A stretch of DNA of 61,847 nucleotides from Patescibacteria group bacterium (GTDB lineage Bacteria > Patescibacteriota > Minisyncoccia > Phycocordibacterales > SBAW01), in assembly GCA_040389385.1 (NCBI GenBank), contig JAZKAA010000001.1, forward strand, positions 1-61,847, read 5' to 3'. The notes under the pieces were generated by a model. It had not been told where the DNA came from. It ran no database searches and was given only the letters and a program-made list of their open reading frames with translations. This document shows positions 47,273 through 52,987 of this stretch, in pieces (positions within the stretch are counted from its first letter, which is position 1; each line of letters opens with the position of its first letter). A program made the position numbers and the translations under genes.

Positions 47273-48367
47273 ATGAACGACAACAGCGCACCGCCCGGAA
47301 GGACGGTACCTGCTGATTCTCCGCCAAAAGTCCGCAAGGGCCTCGGTGCGAAGATTCGCGGCCTGTTCGGCCGACGTGGAAAGTCAAATCCCAATCTCGA
47401 CGAACTTCATGAGAAGATCGTCAGACTGGGCGAGGTCCACGACGACAATATGTCCCGCGCCGGTCAGCTCAATGACCAGCATGTGGCCGACAAAGAAGCT
47501 ACCAACCGTAAGGTCGGCGAAATCCACCAGACGGTTGATGAACTTCACCAGCAAGCTGAAACCCATCAACAAAGGATTCAGGAAATGTCTGCTAGGTCGA
47601 TTCTCGCTACTACGGCGGTGATCGCTGCTGCGTTCGCCGTCGGCTTTATCGCGTGGGAAATCTCCGCGAAGGTGCATTCTACCGGCGCTTCGGCGCCGGC
47701 GGTTGCCGCTACCGACCTCGGTTCGGTCAACACCCGGATTGCGGCGCTCGAGAGCAAGATCACTTCGCTCGAGACTGCCAAAACTGGGGTCGACGCACTG
47801 ACACCGCGGGTCACCACGTTGGAGACCACGGTCAAGGCGTTGCCGACCACCAACGACATGAACGAGGCCATCAAGGTCTCGGTCAAGGACGTCAAAGAGC
47901 TTCCGGACCAGGTGGATAACCTGCGGGCGGAAGTGGCGGCCTTCAGTAGCCGGATGAAAGGCTACGAGGACGCGGTCAAGTCGGCCAACAAAAACGGTGC
48001 GCCGACGGTAACGCCGGCGAAGACCGAAGACCCGTCGGCGGAAACTCCGGCGGCAGGCGAAGGCGACATTCCGATGCCGCCGCGTCGTCCGGGCAACGCC
48101 CCGACTGGCTCCGCGCAAGTGGACCCGGAAAACGGCGAGGGTCGGGTGCCTGTCGGTGCCAACGGCGAGACGCAGGTTGCCATGATCGGTAACCAGCGCG
48201 GCGTCGGTCGCAAGGTCTACCTGACACCGACCCAACTGGAGTCGCTCTCTCCTGACATCCCGCCGGGCGGCGACAGGCGTTGTGTTGGTGGTGCGCAAGG
48301 GTACTGGACTACCACCCGCGCCCCCAACGGCAAAACAGCGCACATCCATCGGAAGTGCGTGTACTGA
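47273..48367 (+). CDS. Hypothetical bitopic coiled-coil membrane protein
   Basis: GAGGGAG lies 6 nt upstream of the ATG. Basic N-terminus, heptad-like segments on both sides of one TM (ILATTAVIAAAFAVGFIAW), a Pro-rich region and a Cys-containing C-terminus. Confidence 0.65.
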   Translation: MNDNSAPPGRTVPADSPPKVRKGLGAKIRGLFGRRGKSNPNLDELHEKIVRLGEVHDDNMSRAGQLNDQHVADKEATNRKVGEIHQTVDELHQQAETHQQRIQEMSARSILATTAVIAAAFAVGFIAWEISAKVHSTGASAPAVAATDLGSVNTRIAALESKITSLETAKTGVDALTPRVTTLETTVKALPTTNDMNEAIKVSVKDVKELPDQVDNLRAEVAAFSSRMKGYEDAVKSANKNGAPTVTPAKTEDPSAETPAAGEGDIPMPPRRPGNAPTGSAQVDPENGEGRVPVGANGETQVAMIGNQRGVGRKVYLTPTQLESLSPDIPPGGDRRCVGGAQGYWTTTRAPNGKTAHIHRKCVY

Positions 48368-48522
48368 AACTGAGCTCGGAGTGGGTGATGCAAACAAAGC
48401 ATCATTCACTCCGGCTCCATTCTCTGGGTTTAATCTAAGTCGATTGATTGAGCTTGGAGCGTGGAGGTTGACAAATTATAAGTTATACTATAGAGTGCGC
48501 TCGTTTGGATTAAATACAATTT

Positions 48523-49431
48523 ATGAATACTTTTACTAAAAACATCAGCACCGGAGCCATCGCGCTTGCGGTTTTTGCAGTGTTTGCGTTTGCTATCGCC
48601 CCGCTCGCCCGTGCAGCGGACCTTCCTGGTGGCGACTACGGTGGCTCGTACGCTGACGGTGGTTATTACGACTCTGGTTATAGCTCTGGCTACAGCCCTG
48701 ACTATAGCTCCGGCTTTGGTGGGTCATACGCTGACGCAGGTTATTACGACTCCGGCTATGCGTCGTCCTTTGGCGGCGGCTTCGGCGGCAGCTCGTTTGG
48801 CGGCTTTGGTGGCGGCGGCGGATTCTTTACCCCGACCGTTGGCGGTGGCGGCAACTTTAACGCCCCGACCAGCAACCTCGTAACCAACAACGGCAACACC
48901 TACACCTACGCTCCGCAAAACACCAACGTCTGCACCGGCGGCAACGTCTGCAACGACAACTCTATCTACGACGGCCGCATCGTTATCAGCGGCAACAACA
49001 CGATTGCAAGCCAGCCTGCCACGCCGGTCTACAACACACCGGTCTATACCCCTGTGTACCAGCAGCCTATCTACAATCAGCCTGTCGCTCCGTATTACCC
49101 TCCGCAGCCCCGCGCTCCGTATGTATCGCTCTCGGCGGTACCGTACACCGGTCTCGACCTCGGCACGATGGGCACGATTGCGTACTGGTCGTTTTTGGTG
49201 CTGTGGTGCCTCTTGGCCGCGTACCTCATAGCGGTTAAAAAGGTGCAGAACAAAATCGTCGCCGGACTCAACTCGTTTCTCTTTCCGACAGCAGCGGGCC
49301 ACGCTCACTCCAAGCACACTGCGCGCGTGTACAACATGCCGGCTAAGGCCCATGTCGTCCGTGCAGAAGTTGCTCCGACCAAAAACGGCATAGACCCCTT
49401 CATCTCTTCGCAGATCAACCGCTCCCGCTAA
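48523..49431 (+). CDS. Secreted Gly/Tyr/Ser-rich low-complexity protein with VPYTG motif, TM span and basic tail
   Basis: Signal peptide (AIALAVFAVFAFAIAPLARA). Repeats GGSYADGGYYDSGYSSGYSPDYSSGFGGSYADAGYYDSGY, an FGG run, a P/Y/Q-rich segment, then SLSAVPYTG-LDLGTMGTIAYWSFLVLWCLLAAYLIAV-KK. Confidence 0.7.
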   Translation: MNTFTKNISTGAIALAVFAVFAFAIAPLARAADLPGGDYGGSYADGGYYDSGYSSGYSPDYSSGFGGSYADAGYYDSGYASSFGGGFGGSSFGGFGGGGGFFTPTVGGGGNFNAPTSNLVTNNGNTYTYAPQNTNVCTGGNVCNDNSIYDGRIVISGNNTIASQPATPVYNTPVYTPVYQQPIYNQPVAPYYPPQPRAPYVSLSAVPYTGLDLGTMGTIAYWSFLVLWCLLAAYLIAVKKVQNKIVAGLNSFLFPTAAGHAHSKHTARVYNMPAKAHVVRAEVAPTKNGIDPFISSQINRSR

Positions 49432-49436
49432 ACCTA

Positions 49437-49868
49437 ATGAATACTGTTACTAAAATCGCCGGTATAACAATCGGCGCGGCACTCATCGTCGCTCCGCTTG
49501 TTGCAGGCGCCTCTAACGCCAGCTACTTTACGGGCACGAGCTACTTTACCGGCCCCAACGAGCTGTATGGCGGCGGCGGATTCTCGACCGGCCCGATGAT
49601 GGGCTACTCCAACTACGGTGCCAACAACTTTGGCTACGGTTACGGAGGCACCAGCTACGGGTACGGCTCGGGCTACTCCAACTACGGCGGTTACGGTGGT
49701 GGATATGGCTACGGCTATGCTCCGAGCTGGCAGCAGTACGTTCCGGCACAAGCCCAGCAGTACGTATCCAAGAGCGGATACACCAACTACGGCGGTAACT
49801 TTACCAACTACGGCACCATCGGCGGCGGCAATTCCGGCCTTACGGGAGGCTACGGCTACGGATACTAA
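49437..49868 (+). CDS. Secreted Gly/Tyr-rich low-complexity protein
   Basis: Its 5' end is paralogous to the previous gene (ATGAATACT.TTACTAAAA). Signal peptide, then GYG/YGG repeats to the C-terminus (…LTGGYGYGY). Confidence 0.7.
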   Translation: MNTVTKIAGITIGAALIVAPLVAGASNASYFTGTSYFTGPNELYGGGGFSTGPMMGYSNYGANNFGYGYGGTSYGYGSGYSNYGGYGGGYGYGYAPSWQQYVPAQAQQYVSKSGYTNYGGNFTNYGTIGGGNSGLTGGYGYGY

Positions 49869-49912
49869 ACTTCTTAACTAGGGCGGGTGCGAGCTCCAAA
49901 AATTTGTCTAAC

Positions 49913-49946
49913 AAAAACTCCCCACTTTAGGGGAGTTTTTGTTTTC
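49913..49946 (+). terminator. Rho-independent terminator after the Gly/Tyr-rich gene pair
   Basis: AAAAACTCCCC-ACTTTA-GGGGAGTTTTT followed by GTTTTC. Confidence 0.7.
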
Positions 49947-49998
49947 TTGCGCTTGTGATATACCTACTGGCGGCGGCTCAAATCCCAAGGAGGACCAC

Positions 49999-50418
49999 AT
50001 GAGTAAGCGAAACTTCGCTATTGCCTTAGGTGTGATTTTGTGTGCGACGGCTGCAGTAGCCCAAGTCACGAGTCCACCAAAGTTTGTCGCGGCACAAAGT
50101 GCCGACCAGGTGCTCGCGAGCAAGTTCAAGGGCACCGACGTGATCGGCACCGATGACAAAAAGCTCGGCGACGTCAGCGACATCCTGTTCGACAGGGAGG
50201 GCAATATCAAGGCCTATGTCGTCGGGGTCGGCGGCTTCCTCGGTATCGGGTCCAAGACTATTGCCCTTTCGCCCAATGCCTTTCAATGGGTGCCGGGCAG
50301 AGACAAAAACGATTCCGAGAGGCTCCGGCTGTCCATGACCAAGGATCAGCTCAAAGAGGCGGCGGAGTTTCAGCCGTACAAGGTGCCGAAATCAGCACCT
50401 GTTGTCGGCCACAAGTAG
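49999..50418 (+). CDS. Secreted PRC-barrel domain protein
   Basis: AAGGAGG lies 5 nt upstream of the ATG. Signal peptide (AIALGVILCATAAVAQ). LASKFKGTDVIGTDDKKLGDVSDILFDREGNIKAYVVGVGGFLGIGSKTIAL is the typical PRC-barrel pattern. The 49939 start was rejected because it overlaps the terminator. Confidence 0.8.
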   Translation: MSKRNFAIALGVILCATAAVAQVTSPPKFVAAQSADQVLASKFKGTDVIGTDDKKLGDVSDILFDREGNIKAYVVGVGGFLGIGSKTIALSPNAFQWVPGRDKNDSERLRLSMTKDQLKEAAEFQPYKVPKSAPVVGHK

Positions 50419-50447
50419 CCCGCAGCTAAGCTGCGGTTTTTTATTTT
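50419..50447. terminator. Hairpin between convergent genes, with a plus-strand U-tract
   Basis: CCGCAGC-TAA-GCTGCGG followed by TTTTTTATTTT. The T-run overlaps the thrS stop codon on the opposite strand. There is no A-run on the 5' side, so termination of the minus-strand thrS transcript here is only conjecture. Confidence 0.65.
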
Positions 50448-51649
50448 CTGCCTTTTATTTCTGCGGACAGTTTTGAAATTATTTCAGCAATCGGGAGCGC
50501 GCCAAGTTTGCCTGTGCGGCTCTCGAGTGTAGCCGTGTTTGCCTCAACCTCGGCGTCTCCAATCACCAGCAGGTAGGGGATTTTACTTTGTTTTGCCCCG
50601 CGAATTTTTTTACCCAGCGTTTCGTTGCTTGCGTCCACAGCCGCGCGTACCCTCGCGGCTTTAAGTTGCTCTTGTACACCGGTTGCAAACTCTTTGTGCG
50701 CATCGGCAATAGGTATAACCTGCACTTGCACCGGGGACATCCACAACGGCAGCTCGCCTTGCAGGTGCTCGAGCAATATTGCAATGCAACGCTCGAGCGA
50801 GCCTGCAATAGCGCAATGGATCATCACAATGCGCTCCTTCTCGCCCTTTTCGTTTATGCAGGTCAGGTCAAAGCGCTCGGGGATATTCATATCGAGCTGG
50901 ATTGTGGCCACCTGCCATTCGCGACCCGCTGCATTTGTGGCAAGAAAGTCGAGTTTAGGCCCGTAGTGTGCCGCCTCGCCCGGACCGTCAAAAAAGTCTG
51001 CACCGCGCTCTTCGGCAATGCTACGCAGCTCTTTTTCCGCTTGGTCCCAGATGGCGGGCGTGCCGATATATTTCTCCGGAGTTTTTGGGTCGCGGAAGGA
51101 CAGCCGTACCCGAAGGGTAAATCCGAACGTTTTGTAAAAGGTGTCGACGTTATCCCAGATCTTTAAAAACTCTTCGCGTACCTGGGTTGTGCGACAAAAC
51201 ACGTGCGCGTCGTCTTGAGTTATCGAAAGTACACGTGTAAGTCCGCCCAGTTCGCCCGACTGCTCGTCGCGGTAGACCATGGTTGTTTCTGTGTAGCGCT
51301 GCGGCATCTCTCTATAGCTGTGTGGCCGACGATCAAAAATCTGCGTGTGATGAGGGCAGTTCATCGGCTTGATAGCCATTTCGCGGCCGTCGCGCGAGGT
51401 GACCCTAAAGAGGTCCTCCGCAAACTTGTCCCAGTGGCCCGACTTTTCGTAGAGGTCTTTTTTGGTGATGTGGGGGATAGTGACCCGCTCAAACCCATGC
51501 TTGGCACGCATTTCCCAAATAAAATTGTCGAGCTCTTGTCGCACAATAGTGCCGCGCGGGGTCCACAAAGGCAGCCCGGGCCCGACAAGGTCGGAGAATG
51601 TAAACAGGTCCAGCTCTTTGCCGATTGTCCGATGGTCGCGCTCTTCCAT
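50441..51649 (-). CDS. thrS: Threonine--tRNA ligase, catalytic plus anticodon-binding domains only (402 aa)
   Basis: Begins MEERDHRTIGKELDLF, the linker that precedes the class II core. Also has HITKKDLYEKSGHWDKF, MNCPHH, TQDDAHVFC and a C-terminal anticodon-binding domain. The ATG at 51649 has GGAG 8 nt upstream and lies just downstream of the terminator of the preceding gene. Confidence 0.9.
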   Translation of the reverse strand: MEERDHRTIGKELDLFTFSDLVGPGLPLWTPRGTIVRQELDNFIWEMRAKHGFERVTIPHITKKDLYEKSGHWDKFAEDLFRVTSRDGREMAIKPMNCPHHTQIFDRRPHSYREMPQRYTETTMVYRDEQSGELGGLTRVLSITQDDAHVFCRTTQVREEFLKIWDNVDTFYKTFGFTLRVRLSFRDPKTPEKYIGTPAIWDQAEKELRSIAEERGADFFDGPGEAAHYGPKLDFLATNAAGREWQVATIQLDMNIPERFDLTCINEKGEKERIVMIHCAIAGSLERCIAILLEHLQGELPLWMSPVQVQVIPIADAHKEFATGVQEQLKAARVRAAVDASNETLGKKIRGAKQSKIPYLLVIGDAEVEANTATLESRTGKLGALPIAEIISKLSAEIKGRK

Positions 51650-51682
51650 AGATGTTCTCCACATCTTACCCCAATTTTGCCC

Positions 51683-51710
51683 AAAAAAAAGCCCCACAAC
51701 GTGTGGGGTT
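51683..51710 (-). terminator. Rho-independent terminator (minus strand) upstream of thrS
   Basis: Minus-strand reading: CCCCACA-CGT-TGTGGGG-C followed by TTTTTTTT. Confidence 0.65.
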
Positions 51711-52197
51711 ATTCGACGACCCGGATATAGTCCGGCAGCTCGCGCCGCTTGTCTTGCTTCTGTACAACGGGGATAGTCGCAGCGTACTTCTTAGGGGGCG
51801 CAAGCCGCTTGGGCGACCGCCACTCAATGCAGGCATAGGTAACTGCATCCCGCGCACTGTCACCCACAGATATGCCTATGTATTGGTGGATGCCGATTTC
51901 TGCAAGCCCGAGCGTTAGCGCTATGCCCCAGAGAGCCTTTAGGACGTCTTCCACGCTTCCTGCTGTTAGCAGCTCTTTATTATTGAGATGCTTGCCGACA
52001 ATGTTGCGTGCAAAGGGCAGCAGCGCGTCGCGTTGATCATGGTCCAGCTTGAGCTGATCTGCAAATTGTTGCAGCGTATGGCCCAAGAGACGTATTGCGA
52101 GTAGGCGTTTTTTCTCGTCGTGATGGTCGGCATACACCGATGCCAGTGCGTGCTCAATCTTGGCGACCACTTCTTTAACGGGATAAAAGGAGGCCAT
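51709..52197 (-). CDS. Hypothetical protein (162 aa)
   Basis: GGGAG upstream of the ATG. Helical-looking, ordinary composition. Flanked by terminators on both sides. Confidence 0.6.
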   Translation of the reverse strand: MASFYPVKEVVAKIEHALASVYADHHDEKKRLLAIRLLGHTLQQFADQLKLDHDQRDALLPFARNIVGKHLNNKELLTAGSVEDVLKALWGIALTLGLAEIGIHQYIGISVGDSARDAVTYACIEWRSPKRLAPPKKYAATIPVVQKQDKRRELPDYIRVVE

Positions 52198-52257
52198 AGG
52201 AATCTCCCAAGTTGGCCGTGGCGTCTGCCTCTATCCAACCACTTCCTGCGCCGTTTT

Positions 52258-52289
52258 GCAAAATAAAAAGCAACCCCTTGGGGTTGCTT
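52258..52289 (-). terminator. Rho-independent terminator (minus strand)
   Basis: Minus-strand reading: AAGCAACCCC-AA-GGGGTTGCTT followed by TTTATTTTG. Confidence 0.65.
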
Positions 52290-52317
52290 GAGTCAGGTTG
52301 GCACCGGCTATTCGTAC

Positions 52318-52620
52318 CTAGGTGCGGAAGAATTTACGTATTCTCTCGATTGTCTCCGGCGGGATCTGGTCTTGAGTGGGCCTGCTGTACTTGCCTGTCG
52401 CTCCAAACTGGCTGTTGAGCTTGTCGGTCGCTTTTGCTCCCGCAGTGTCATCGCTTGCAACGAGTCCTGCTGACGCGACAAGTGGCACCACATCAAGGCC
52501 CGAACCACACGCCGCGCATTTTGTGTCGCGTATGCCGCAACGGTTGGCACACGAGCCGCAGATACGCACGCCACGCTCGGTGTCTGGTGCGGCAGACTGG
52601 TCGTCTGCAGATATGTTCAT
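52318..52620 (-). CDS. Small zinc-ribbon-like protein (100 aa)
   Basis: CGSC-x5-C ... CAAC (C-x2-C x2) near the N-terminus. GAGGG lies 8 nt upstream of the ATG. It has its own terminator. Confidence 0.55.
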   Translation of the reverse strand: MNISADDQSAAPDTERGVRICGSCANRCGIRDTKCAACGSGLDVVPLVASAGLVASDDTAGAKATDKLNSQFGATGKYSRPTQDQIPPETIERIRKFFRT

Positions 52621-52718
52621 CGAAGAGCCCTCGGTTGTTCCCGCATAATAATAACCACATTTGCGGGCAAAAAGATACGGCAGCCTTGTGAGGCCGCCGC
52701 ACTGTCGTTGTGTCTAGC

Positions 52719-52901
52719 TTATGGTGCGAGAGAGGCGAGTTCCGCCGCTTCCTGCAGCGAGAGTGGTTGCATGCCGGGATGGTGGCCGAGCTCAATGGCG
52801 AGATCGATTTCCTCGCCAAAGTTTTTCGGTGCAAAAACCATCTGCACCCGCTGGCCCATCAACATAACATGGGTCGGAAACACGATTCTGTCGTAGGTCA
52901 T
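52719..52901 (-). CDS. Small hypothetical protein (60 aa)
   Basis: ATG with GGGGG upstream. A promoter-like site lies upstream and a terminator-like hairpin (about 52668-52705) lies downstream. No motif. Confidence 0.35.
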   Translation of the reverse strand: MTYDRIVFPTHVMLMGQRVQMVFAPKNFGEEIDLAIELGHHPGMQPLSLQEAAELASLAP

Positions 52902-52935
52902 TTTTACCCCCAAGGACAAGTGAACTTCGTTACAA

Positions 52936-52964
52936 ACTATACTCTCTATTCTTTAAAAAGTCAA
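52936..52964 (-). promoter_or_regulatory. Promoter-like site (minus strand) downstream of dnaE
   Basis: Minus-strand reading: TTGACT, a 17-nt spacer, then TATAGT. Confidence 0.35.
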
Positions 52965-52987
52965 GCGGGAGTGTAAATAACCCATAC

